Assembly (NCBI GenBank): GCA_963718845.1 | Contig: CAVRAD010000017.1 | Coordinates: 403,154 to 467,153, forward strand | DNA: 64,000 nucleotides | Source: an uncultured Acidobacteriota bacterium | Lineage (GTDB): Bacteria; Acidobacteriota; UBA6911 | Direction: 5' to 3' | Shown here: piece by piece, positions 39,401-49,413 of the stretch | Layout: each line of letters starts with the position of its first letter | Position numbering within the stretch: position 1 is the stretch's first letter | Translations under genes and position numbers: made by a program | The notes under the pieces: generated by a model | The model's database searches: none | Seen by the model: only the letters and a program-made list of their open reading frames with translations | Told to the model about the DNA's origin: nothing

Positions 39401-40399
39401 TCATACTATATGCTGGCGCAGTAGGACACCGCACTCTTTAAGGAGCGAGAGTGCCGTATCATTCAAAGGATAGTCCTGATTATAGACAACCTCGGCGATG
39501 CCGCTGTTAATGATCATCTTGGTGCAGAGAAGACAGGGAGCGAAAGTACTGTACAGTGTCGCACCTTTTACGCTCGTTCCATGATAGGCCGCTTGAGTTA
39601 TGGCATTTTCCTCACCATGACAGCACAGGCACTCATCCAGTGCCGTGCCGCTTGCGGCCATGCTATTGCATCGGGGACACCCGCCCTCGTTGCAGTTTTT
39701 TGCCCCTCTGGGCGTTCCGTTATATCCCGTGGAAACCACCCGCATATCTTTCACGATGATCGCCGCGACCTTCCGCTTCATGCAGTTGCTGCGCATCGCC
39801 ACAACCCTGGCGATGCTCATGAAGTATTCATCCCACGTCGGACGCATAAACCGGCTCATCAGGGGAGGCAGCAACGCATCGAGACGGCGATGCAATTCCT
39901 CCAGTGTCCCGTCATTTGCCACGATAAGGTCCGCTTTCTGCCGCGTCGCATTCAACTGCTGGCTGGCGGGATTATCGGAATCGAGCTCGCGCGCCTCTTC
40001 TTCGGCGAATTGCGACAGCGTCTGGGCCGCGTTTTCCCTGCCCCGTCTCCGGCTACGCTCGAAGCGAGTCCCCTGCTCCACTTCTAAAGCCAGCAAAGTA
40101 AAGTCGTTTCGGCTTCTCAGGACGTCAACCTCCTGAGGATTGCGAATAGAATCGATCACATAGTTATGACCGCTTTCGAGGCTGGTCAAAAGTCTCTCTG
40201 CAAGTATGCCCGGCCCGGACTTTTCCCTCAGCTCATTCCCCACGTCGATTAGCACTTCCCGCGTGATTTGCAGGCCTCTTTTGAGTATCTCCTCTCGAAT
40301 TGCATCCGAGAGAGAATGATACTCAAAACCTCTGCTTACGAGATATTCCGCGACTGCGGTCTTGCCCGATCCGTTTTTTCCAGTTAGTCCTATGATCAT
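39401..40399 (-). CDS. fusion protein: N-terminal P-loop nucleotide kinase-like domain + C-terminal dCMP/cytidine deaminase domain
   Basis: N-terminus MIIGLTGKNGSGKTAVAEYL (Walker A). C-terminus CCHGEENAITQAAYHG and STFAPCLLCTKMI (the zinc-binding H.E / PCxxC deaminase motifs). Confidence 0.75.
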   Translation of the reverse strand: MIIGLTGKNGSGKTAVAEYLVSRGFEYHSLSDAIREEILKRGLQITREVLIDVGNELREKSGPGILAERLLTSLESGHNYVIDSIRNPQEVDVLRSRNDFTLLALEVEQGTRFERSRRRGRENAAQTLSQFAEEEARELDSDNPASQQLNATRQKADLIVANDGTLEELHRRLDALLPPLMSRFMRPTWDEYFMSIARVVAMRSNCMKRKVAAIIVKDMRVVSTGYNGTPRGAKNCNEGGCPRCNSMAASGTALDECLCCHGEENAITQAAYHGTSVKGATLYSTFAPCLLCTKMIINSGIAEVVYNQDYPLNDTALSLLKECGVLLRQHIV

Positions 40400-40430
40400 G
40401 AGGTCAATATGTTAACACACTTATGGGCAA

Positions 40431-40494
40431 GGGGTAAAGGGGTAAAGGGGTAAAGCGATAAAGGATTAAAGGGATCAGAGGGGAAGCGAGGGCG
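40431..40494. repeat. octamer tandem array (GGGGTAAA x 3, then decaying units), single arm
   Basis: ggggtaaa ggggtaaa ggggtaaa gcgataaa ggattaaa gggatcag..., directly upstream of the kinase-deaminase gene. Confidence 0.7.
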
Positions 40495-40522
40495 CAGCAC
40501 TTCCTGGGGGGCAGTATAACCG

Positions 40523-40550
40523 GGTACGGTTTGCCAGGTACGGTTTGCTA
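40523..40550. repeat. 14-nt direct repeat x2 (GGTACGGTTTGCCA / GGTACGGTTTGCTA)
   Basis: Read directly. The second copy contains the stop codon of the DUF1343 gene. Confidence 0.5.
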
Positions 40551-41722
40551 ATCGTAGAGCAGGTACGATGATCTATGGCGGAGGAAATTGGCAACGTCGT
40601 TTTGCCAGCTTTGTCTTATTTGGCTGATATGCGCTCCGCTCCGGATCATTTCGGGAATTTCGCTGCACCCGCAAAGGATCTCGATCGGCAGCTTTTCGCA
40701 TTCATATTCATAGGGAGGATTGCGCCAGCCAAAAAATTCCGGGTACAGGGCACAGGCCACCGAAAGGACGGCAACGCCCGTCAGATACGGCTCAAAAACT
40801 TCGCGGTCTCGGACGTGAATTTGAACACCCCCGCACATCGTATCTGCCCATTTCTGGAAAGTGGGCTGGAAAAAGGCCGGACGGAACCAGACACCGGATA
40901 ATCCCAGATCATTCAAGCGCGAGGCAAACTTTCGACTGTTGATAAACGGAGCTCCGATCGTCTCGAAGGGACGCGTGGTTCCACGCCCCTCCGAGAGGCA
41001 GGTTCCTTCGACCAGAACGGACCCGGGATAAACAATAGCCGAATCCAGGGTCGGAAGGTTGGGTGAGGGTTGGACCCAGGGTAAACTGAGTTTGATCAAA
41101 CCAATACTCACGGCGCCATCCCTCCATGGCAACCACCGTCAGATCGCAGTCGATCTCGAACTCAGAATTAAAAAATAGGGCTAACTCTGCCGTCGTCATG
41201 CCGTGGCGCATCGGAATTGGATACAAACCGACAAACGAACTGTATTCCGGATGAAGCAGATTACCCTCTACCTGGCGGCCGTTCACGGGATTCGGCCGAT
41301 CCAACACAATCATGCGCTTATTCCAACGGGCGCAGGCCTCCATGCAATAGGCCATCGTATAAATAAAAGTATAAACGCGCGTGCCCGACATCCTGAAGAT
41401 CGAAGAGAAGCACGTCGATGTCTTTTAGCATTTCCTCCGTTGGCTGCCGGGTCTCTCCATACAAACTATGCACAGGAATTCCGGTATCAGGATCACGATA
41501 GAACTCGGATTCCACCATGTTGTCCTGCTTCTCTCCTCGAGCGCCGTGCTGCGGGCCCAGAAGAGCCGTCAATTGAAAATCGCCGTCTGCCGATAGCGCG
41601 TCCGCAGTATGCCGCAGGTCAGGAAGGACGGATGCCGGATGAACCACGGCTCCGACGCGTGCGCCCCTGATGAGATCTCTTCGCTTATCCAGCAACACTT
41701 CGATTCCCGGTCGAACACGCAT
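40548..41722 (-). CDS. DUF1343 family protein (exo-beta-N-acetylmuramidase NamZ-like), two frameshifts near 41380 and 41110
   Basis: Three ORF pieces join: [27 protein letters not shown]...; [18 protein letters not shown]...; [36 protein letters not shown]... Confidence 0.75.
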
Positions 41723-41736
41723 GCTTCCTCCCTTTT

Positions 41737-41890
41737 AACAGGTTACAGGTTGCAGGTTAACAGGTTAACAGGTTACAGGTTAACAGGTTACAAGTTGCAG
41801 GCTAAAACCTGTATTCTGCAACCTGCAACTTGCAACCGATTGTAACCTGCAACGTCTGCATTGCCTGCGACTTGAAACCTGCAACTTGTA
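41737..41890. repeat. inverted 7-8 nt arrays (AGGTTAC/AGGTTGC/AGGTTAAC x about 9; GCAACCT-type x about 9)
   Basis: Left arm about 41737-41803, right arm about 41808-41890, in the divergent spacer between DUF1343 and HNH. Confidence 0.85.
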
Positions 41891-42021
41891 GAACTAAACT
41901 CCATGTATCTATTTATCCATGAAAACGTCTGCATTGCAATGAATTTTTCAGATGCGCGGTGCCAGGGAAAATTGCTATATTCATACCATGCTAGCTTGAG
42001 CATTGCGCTCAACAGGATCCC

Positions 42022-42567
42022 ATGGAACATACGCTGGTCTTAAATGCCACTTATGAACCGATCAACATCGTCACCTGGAAGCGCGCCCTGAATCTGCTGT
42101 GCCAGGGCAAAGTCGAGGTGCTGGCGGAGTATGATCGCGAGATCCGCAGCATCAGTTTCACCATAAAAATGCCCAGCGTGCTTCGGCTTCTTAAGTATGT
42201 AAAGATCCGAAGACAGCACCAGCACGTTAAATTCTGCAGAGCAAACATTTATGCGCGGGATCACAACACCTGCCAGTATTGCGGGAAAAAATGCTCCACG
42301 GAAAATCTCACGTTCGACCATGTCGTGCCTGTGGTGAAAGGGGGCGGCAAAACCTGGGATAACATCGTCACCTGCTGCTTTAAATGCAACCATCGAAAGG
42401 GGGGCTGCACTCCGGAGGAGGCCGGCATGCGCTTGATCCGGCGCCCAAGAGAGCCGGAATGGGTTCCCACTATGCTTCACATTACGATCGGGTTCAGAAC
42501 GGCACCCCAGGCCTGGCGCGACTACCTCTATTGGAACATCGAATTGGAGCGCGAAGAACGTGAATGA
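42022..42567 (+). CDS. HNH endonuclease
   Basis: 181 aa: CQYCGKKCSTENLTFDHVVPVVKGGGKTWDNIVTCCFKCNHRKG. Confidence 0.75.
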   Translation: MEHTLVLNATYEPINIVTWKRALNLLCQGKVEVLAEYDREIRSISFTIKMPSVLRLLKYVKIRRQHQHVKFCRANIYARDHNTCQYCGKKCSTENLTFDHVVPVVKGGGKTWDNIVTCCFKCNHRKGGCTPEEAGMRLIRRPREPEWVPTMLHITIGFRTAPQAWRDYLYWNIELEREERE

Positions 42568-43356
42568 TGGATGCGCAGATCCTGAAGCTCGGGGATGAGT
42601 TCTTCCTGCCTCGCCAGCCTATAAAACTTTTGAAGCCCGTCCCTATGCTCTGAGCCAAAATCATAATCGATGTTGTGGATCAGATAGTTTTCGAGGAAGG
42701 ACGCGGGAAGGTCCAGCGATTTGGCATAGACCGTGGCGATTTCATCCCGCCTTTTCAGTCCCCATTCTTTAGCCTCCTGGAATATGGCATTCAGGTCGGC
42801 CGGAAAAGGCGCGCCGCTTCTGCATGCCCAGAAAGCACAGACAAACGGCTTCTGCTGCCATTGAACCCATTCTCCTGCAAGATCGGTGACATCGTAATCC
42901 TCAAGCCGAATCTTGAGGGCCGGATCTCCGATCACGACTGCGGCATCGCTGCGCGTCAGCATCGCGGATGGATCCGGCGGATACGGCATGTACTCGGGAT
43001 GCAGTCCCATCTTCGCCTGCAGCAGAATCATGGCTAGAGCAACGGATGTTCGAGAACTGGTGTCCAACGCGACCGAACGGATCAACTGTTTGCCTTTGGG
43101 TTTGATCAACAGGATGCTTCGGACCTCACCCAGCGAAGCAATGGAAATACCCGGAATCACCCGCAGGTCCTGAATTCGCTGGTATTCAATGCTGGGAATC
43201 AACCCGATGTCGACTTCTCCGCTCGGCAAGCTGATCCGCACACATCGCGGGAGAGGAGGGCAGGACTTCGAATTTGTCGCGGAAAGGGCCATGGAGAAAT
43301 GCCCATCCCAAAGGGGCAGAATTAAGATAATGAACCAGCGAAATCCGAATCTTCAT
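42528..43356 (-). CDS. mqnA: chorismate dehydratase (futalosine-pathway MqnA), one frameshift near 43230
   Basis: MKIRISLVHYLNSAPLGWAFLHGPFRDKFEVLPSSPAMCADQLA joins to SGEVDIGLIPSIEYQRIQDLRVIPGISIASLGEVRSILLI... The start coordinate is uncertain by 1 nt in my hand count. Confidence 0.7.
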
Positions 43357-43497
43357 AGCCTCAATCCGCTGAAATCGAAAAAAAATAAAAGTTTCGCGAA
43401 ATAAATTTCCCTCCAGCGAAACAACAGACCTGAGGATTATAGCAAAGGATTTCCCGGGGCAACCGCGAATCTGCTTTGCGACAGCCGAATAAATCAT

Positions 43498-44623
43498 ATG
43501 CAAACTGCCAGCGATTCTTTAATCCGAGATGCGATTGAAGTGACGCTGCTTCCGGGCATAGGAAGCCTGACGCAGAACCGCCTCTGGAAAGCACTGCGCA
43601 CTATTTCCGATCTGTTCTCGATGGACGAGCATTCTCTGGCCGCATTTGGGATTCCAGCCGAAGCTTTTTCACTCATACGATCGCGCGGCTGCCAGGCGAC
43701 GGCATCCGAGATTTGCGATTGGGGCAGGCGTGAAGGCTGCCAATTTCTGATGCGCGGCGGTCCCGGATATCCTCCATTATTGGAGGAGATAAGCGATCCG
43801 CCACTGATTCTGTATGCCCGCGGCCACCTGGAAGCGCTGGAAAAGCCCTGCATCGCCGTGGTCGGGACAAGAAGACCGACAATCTATGGCCTTCAGATGG
43901 CCCAGGGCATTGCATCCGATTTGAGCAGTCGCGGAATCTGCGTGACAAGCGGTTTGGCGCGAGGCATCGACGCAGCCGCCCACCGGGGTTGTCTTGAAGG
44001 CGGCGGGAGCACGGTCGCAGTCCTGGGGTGCGGCATCGATATCGTGTACCCGAAAGAGCATCGCCGGTTGACTCAAACAATTCTGGAAAAGGGGCTGCTC
44101 CTTTCTGAATTCGCCCCCGGAACATCCCCCGCGCCGCAAAATTTTCCGGTTCGCAATCGAATCATCAGCGGCCTGGCGCTGGGAGCGATTATTGTGGAGG
44201 CCAGCGAATACAGCGGATCACTCATCACTGCGAGGCTGGCTATGGAACAGAACCGCGAAGTATTCGCAATCCCAGGCAATCTGACATCCCCTCAGAGTTT
44301 TGGCCCAAACTTTCTGATCAAACAGGGAGCTAAACTTGTCCAATCATGGAGAGACATCGCGGAGGAGATTGCCGCCTGAGATCCGGCAGGAAATACTAAT
44401 CAAGGAGGATTCCAGACCGTGCCGGAATCCGGAGTTGGAAATGCTTTCTGAAGAAGAAAACCGGATATTGGCGTTGCTGAAGACCGACGAGACCATGCAG
44501 TTCGACAGGATCTGCCGCACAGGCAATCTGAGCGTCCCGCAACTGAGCGATCTGCTGCTGCATCTTGAAATGAATGGATGGGTCCGGCAGCTTCCCGGCA
44601 ATTTATTTGTAAGAATAAGATAA
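43498..44623 (+). CDS. dprA: DNA-processing protein DprA, one frameshift near 44370
   Basis: VVGTRRPTIYGLQMAQGIASDL...GLARGIDAAAHRG...FPVRNRIISGL...VFAIPGN. The C-terminal winged-helix domain is in ORF 44336..44623. Confidence 0.85.
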
Positions 44624-44708
44624 CAAACAGTTTATGGCCGACATGCGAAAATTCCGTGCTTTTTTTACTTGGACTTTCCGTTAAGCTTAGTGTAGCTTGC
44701 GCCCTTCT

Positions 44709-47119
44709 ATGGCTAAGTCACTCGTGGTAGTTGAATCGCCTGCCAAGGCAAAAACGATCAGCAAATACCTCGGCAGGAATTATGTCGTCAAAGCGTCGGT
44801 CGGTCACATCAAGGATTTGCCGAAAAGCAAACTCGGTGTGGACGTGGATGACGATTTTGCGCCGCATTACGCGGTTATCCCGGCAAAAACTAAAGTAGTC
44901 AGGGAATTAAAATCGGCGGCAAAAAACATCCAGGACATCTACCTCGCAGCGGACCCTGATCGCGAAGGAGAGGCGATCTGCCAGCACCTGTCTGAAGAAC
45001 TTTCGGGCAAATCCAAAAACATTTACCGGGTTCTCTTCCACGAAATCACGAAAAACGCCATCCAGGAAGCATTCAAAAAACCCGGCCGCATCAACCAACA
45101 CAAGGTGGATGCGCAGCAGACAAGGCGCATTTTGGACCGGCTGGTCGGATACAAGATCAGTCCGCTGCTCTGGGACAAGGTGCGGCGGGGGCTTTCCGCC
45201 GGAAGAGTCCAGACCGTGGCTCTCCGCATGATTGTCGAAAGAGAGCAGGAGATCCGCGCTTTCAAATCGGAAGAATACTGGACCCTCGATGCGCACTTGG
45301 CTGGAGAGCTTCCGCCCGAATTCACGGCAAAAGCACGGCTCATTGACGGCAAAAAGTGGAGCATCGCCGATTCGGAAACGACCAACGGCATCGTCGAAGC
45401 GCTGAAGCAGGAGCCAGTTTGTTGTCAGGGAAGTCCATCGCAGGGAAAAGAAAAGATATCCCGTGCCGCCCTTTATCACGAGCAAGCTGCAGCAGGAAGC
45501 TGCCCGCAAACTGAATTACTCCGTCAAGCGCACGATGGTCCTGGCCCAGAAATTATATGAAGGCATAGAAATCGGCGCAGAAGGCTCCGTGGGCTTAATC
45601 ACATACATGCGCACGGACTCCAGCCGTGTGGCCGAAAGCGCCCTCCAGGAAGTGCGCGCCTTTATCCAGCGTGATTTCGGCGAAACCTATCTCCCCCACC
45701 ATCCAATCTATTACAAATCGAAAAAGACCGCACAGGACGCGCACGAGGCCATCCGGCCCACGTCGGTCGAACGCACGCCTGAGAGTCTCAAAAATGAACT
45801 CGACCCGGATCTTTGGAGATTGTACGCGCTGATCTGGAACAGATTCGTCGCGTCGCAGATGAATCCCGCTTTGTTTGATCACACCGACGCCGACATCAGC
45901 GCCGGAAGAGTGGAATTCAGGGCAACGGGATCGATACAGAAATTCAAGGGATTTCTTGCCGTATACCAGGAATCGAAACCTGAAGACAAAGCGGAATCCG
46001 GCCAGGAAGATGAAGAATCCCTGCTGCCACAGCTCCGGGAAGGAGAGGTGCTGACCCTTAAAGAGCTGCTGCCCGCGCAGCATTTCACCCAGCCCCCGCC
46101 GCGCTACAACGAGGCCAGCCTGGTGAAGGCGTTGGAATCCAAGGGAATTGGACGACCAAGCACCTATGCCTCTATTCTCAGCACGATCCAGGACCGCGAA
46201 TACGTCGACAAACAGGAGGGAAAATTCTATCCCTCGGAAACCGGCGAGCTCGTGACGAAACTCCTCGTGGAAAGCTTCCACGAGATCTTCGACTACGAAT
46301 ATACCGCCCGCATGGAAGACCACCTCGACCGGATCGAATCGGGACGCGAACCATGGAAGAACACCATGCGGGATTTCTATGACCGCTTTGCCAAAAGGCT
46401 GGAGGTCGCCAAAATAGAAATGCCGGACATCAAGACCCAAGCCGTCGAAACGGATGAAGTCTGCGAAAAGTGCGGCAGCAAAATGGTGATCAAATGGGGA
46501 AAGTTCGGCCGATTCATGGCCTGTTCCGGATATCCCGAATGCCGCAACACAAGAGAAATCCCCAAGTCAGGTCCGGCCGAAGAACCAACAGAATCGCCAG
46601 CCGGAAGAGATTCAGTGCGAAAAGTGCGGCAAACCTATGGTTTTGAAGCGGGGCCGCTTCGGCGAGTTTATGGCCTGTTCCGGATATCCTGAATGCCGCA
46701 ACACCAAAAGGATCGTCAAGACGGCGAGGGAAACGACGGTCACACAAGACATTCCGCTGGATGAGGAATGCCCTGTGTGCGGCAAAAAGCTGGCAATCAA
46801 ACACGGCCGCTTCGGTGAATACACCGCCTGCAGCGATTATCCCAACTGCAAATACATCAAACTCAAAACGACCGGCGTCCGCTGCGGCAAAGAAGGCTGC
46901 GCCGGTGACATCGTCGAAAGAAAATCCCGCAGGGGCAAAGTTTTTTACGGCTGTTCCATCTACCCCGACTGTGATTTCGTCCTTTGGAACAAACCCGTCC
47001 CGGATCCGTGTCCCTCTTGCCATGCCCCCTTCACAGTTGTGAAAACAACAAAGCGTGCCGGCACGGTCCGTTTCTGCAACAACGAAAACTGCGAGTTCAA
47101 AGAATCCCTGGATAGTTAA
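44709..47119 (+). CDS. topA: DNA topoisomerase I, two frameshifts near 45440 and 46600
   Basis: [22 protein letters not shown]..., DPDREGEAI..., [16 protein letters not shown]..., [10 protein letters not shown]. There are four C-terminal zinc ribbons (CEKCG..., CPVCG..., CPSCH...). Confidence 0.9.
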
Positions 47120-47154
47120 GTCCAAAATCAAACACTGATGGGAGATGACATCCA

Positions 47155-47586
47155 ATGACTGAATCAAAGCATGGGAAATATGTAGTAACAGATCTGATCA
47201 TTCCTGAAGATAAAAAGAAAATCGCCGCCGATTATGCCAAGTACGCCACGCGGATCCTCTGGATGGATGAGAATGTGGTCGAAGGAGCCTTTCACATGAA
47301 TACGGCCTGGTATCTCAAAGCCGCAACGACACTGGAAGACAAGCCTCACGCCCACGAGAACGACGAAATCATCGGATTTTTCGGCAACAATCCCGATAAT
47401 CCACACGATCTGGGCGGAGAAATAGAAATCTGGCTTGAGGATGAAAAACACATCATCACCAAAAGCGCCCTGCTATTTGTGCCCGCGGGAATGAAACACT
47501 GTCCGCTAGTGCTGCATAGGGTTGACCGGCCCATATTCCATTTCACAACCGTGCCCAACGGCCGGTACATAAAAGATGAGAAATAG
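47155..47586 (+). CDS. hypothetical protein, cupin-like
   Basis: 143 aa: PHAHENDEIIGFFG...GGEIEIWL...LLFVPAGMKHCPL resembles the two cupin motifs. The assignment is tentative. Confidence 0.4.
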   Translation: MTESKHGKYVVTDLIIPEDKKKIAADYAKYATRILWMDENVVEGAFHMNTAWYLKAATTLEDKPHAHENDEIIGFFGNNPDNPHDLGGEIEIWLEDEKHIITKSALLFVPAGMKHCPLVLHRVDRPIFHFTTVPNGRYIKDEK

Positions 47587-47627
47587 CCCGAATTCTACGC
47601 CCTAAACTCCGCAGCCAGCGCCCATTA

Positions 47628-47661
47628 GTCTCTTGCTGGGGCATATGCCCTAGCAAGAGAC
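47628..47661. repeat. 34-bp near-perfect palindrome (gtctcttgctggggcat/atgccctagcaagagac)
   Basis: Read directly, one mismatch. It starts 42 nt after the cupin-like gene stop and may act as its terminator hairpin. Confidence 0.6.
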
Positions 47662-47884
47662 CAGCAACTTCCAAGCACTCAATTAGGCTTTTTTAACTTC
47701 TTTTTTTCTTCAAAACGCCAGCGTTTGTAATGCCCCCTGCTAAAATCGCTTTTCCCTATTTCAAATTCTGGGTCATTTAACCCATTTTACGCCCAAAAAA
47801 CCAAATCGGTCTGTCTTTTTTATTATAAATTACATCAAAATATAGCTCTAATTATTTATTATTATTAGCTTTATAAAATTGGCA

Positions 47885-47913
47885 TGGAATACGCCTTTCG
47901 CATCCCCTATAAT
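47885..47913 (+). promoter_or_regulatory. candidate sigma70-type promoter of the hydrogenase operon
   Basis: TGGAAT, a 17-nt spacer, then a perfect TATAAT (47908-47913), about 47 nt upstream of the first ATG and inside an AT-rich stretch of about 300 bp. Confidence 0.3.
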
Positions 47914-47959
47914 CCCAAATTTTTTACCGGGTCTTTTTCACGTTGGAGTGTGAAATAGT

Positions 47960-49410
47960 ATGGGAATTGAATCGCAAGCTATAGCAGTCATTCTGGTTCC
48001 CTTGCTTGCTTCTTTGATCATCCCGCTTATGGGATGGGCCGGGCAACGCAAGGCAACGGGATGGCTGGCGGTCCTGATAATTGGCTCCACGCATCTTCTC
48101 ACCTGGCCGCTACTGGGTCCGGCGCTGTCCGGGCAGATCGGCGGGCAGTCTTTCCCCATATACCGCTTTATCGCATTTTCGATGAACATCGATGCGCTGG
48201 CGGTGTTTATGGCGTTCACGGCTTCGCTGATTGCCACGCTCATTGCCGTCTATTCACTGGGCTATATCGAGCATACCGACCACGAACCGGAATACTACTT
48301 CATCGTGACGCTGTTCGTCGGCGCGATGATGGGGCTTGTCTTTTCCCGAAACCTCATATTCCTCTATCTGTTCTGGGAAATCTCCGCGCTCGCCTGCTGG
48401 CGCCTGATCGGATACTTCAGGGATCCTGAATACGTATGGAAAGCCGACAAAGCGTTCCTCATCACTTTTGGCGGTGCGGTATTCATGCTGCTGGGGTTTG
48501 CCCTGATTTTCACTCAGTACGGAACATTCGACATCGATGAACTCCGGGGAAAGGAGATCGGCACTGCCGCCCTCATCCTGGTCATGGCCGGTATCTTCAG
48601 CAAGAGCGCCACCGTGCCGCTGCACACATGGCTCCCTGATGCCGGAATTGCTCCGTCGACCATTACCTCCTTGCTGCATGCGGCGATCCTGGTAAAGATC
48701 GGGCTGTATGCATTTGCGCGCCTGTTCTGCAACGGCATGACGATCCGGCCGGAAGCACAGACTTGGCTCCTGGCCTTCGCATTGATGAGCGCCTTCGTGT
48801 CGGCAAGCGCAGCGCTACACGAAACAAACATCAAGAGACTATTGGCCTATTCAACGGTCAGCCAAATCGGATACACCTTCCTCGGACTGATTGTGTTTAC
48901 GCATTACGGCTATATGGGAGCGCTGCTGTATATCATGGCGCACGGATTCGCCAAGGGCGGGCTGTTCCTCTGCGCAGGCATCATCGAGCACGGCACTCAT
49001 ACCAAGGACATGACCAAAATGGGCGGGCTGTTCAAAAAGATGCCCATCACGGCGGTCTGTTACCTGTCTGCGCGCTGAGCATCGCCGGGATTCCGCCGAT
49101 GATGGGATTTTTCAGCAAGTATTTCGTCATCAACGGATTAGTGGAAGGGAGGCATTTCGTGATCGCCACCCTCGCAATCCTGACGGCCATCCTCACGCTC
49201 CTTTATATGCTGAAAAGCTTTCACGTTGTATTCCTCGGACAGCCTCGAGGGGAGGCACACCATGAAGGCAGCCCCGTCATGGTGGGAGTGGTGGCCGTCA
49301 TGGCCTTCCTTACGCTTGCCAGCGGCTTTCTGCTGCAGTTGCCCTTCAACCTGGTCAAGGTCGCAGATGGACAACGCCTGGTTAACGTCGTCAGCCTTCT
49401 GTGGAGATAG
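47960..49410 (+). CDS. hydrogenase/complex-I antiporter-like subunit 1 (NuoN/MrpD/HyfB family), one frameshift near 49060
   Basis: LFWEISALACWRLIGYF..., SATVPLHTWLPDAGIAPSTITSLLHAAILVKIGLYAFARLF..., LLAYSTVSQIGY. The C-terminus is in the frame of ORF 48763..49410. Confidence 0.8.
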
Positions 49411-49413
49411 GTT

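Noticed and set aside
46507-46705. About 45-nt near-identical direct repeat inside topA (46507-46555 and 46658-46705).
   Set aside because: It corresponds to two adjacent C-terminal zinc-ribbon modules (…[15 protein letters not shown]…), the normal tandem-domain architecture of TopA. The high nucleotide identity is worth noting, but this is not a separate element.
44709-47119. Calling topA, the EF-G paralogue, lgt, dprA, nuoL/M and similar genes pseudogenes because of frameshifts.
   Set aside because: Essential genes are affected, only indels are seen, and the restored proteins are highly conserved with intact motifs. Assembly indel error is the simpler explanation. The question stays open for the hydrogenase locus (see findings).
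47881-47903. Sigma54 promoter (TGGCAT-N8-GC) upstream of the hydrogenase operon.
   Set aside because: Only the GG/GC dinucleotides and their spacing fit. The -12 region (ACGC) is poor, and no enhancer-binding-protein gene is nearby. It is kept only as a remark inside the AT-rich region finding.
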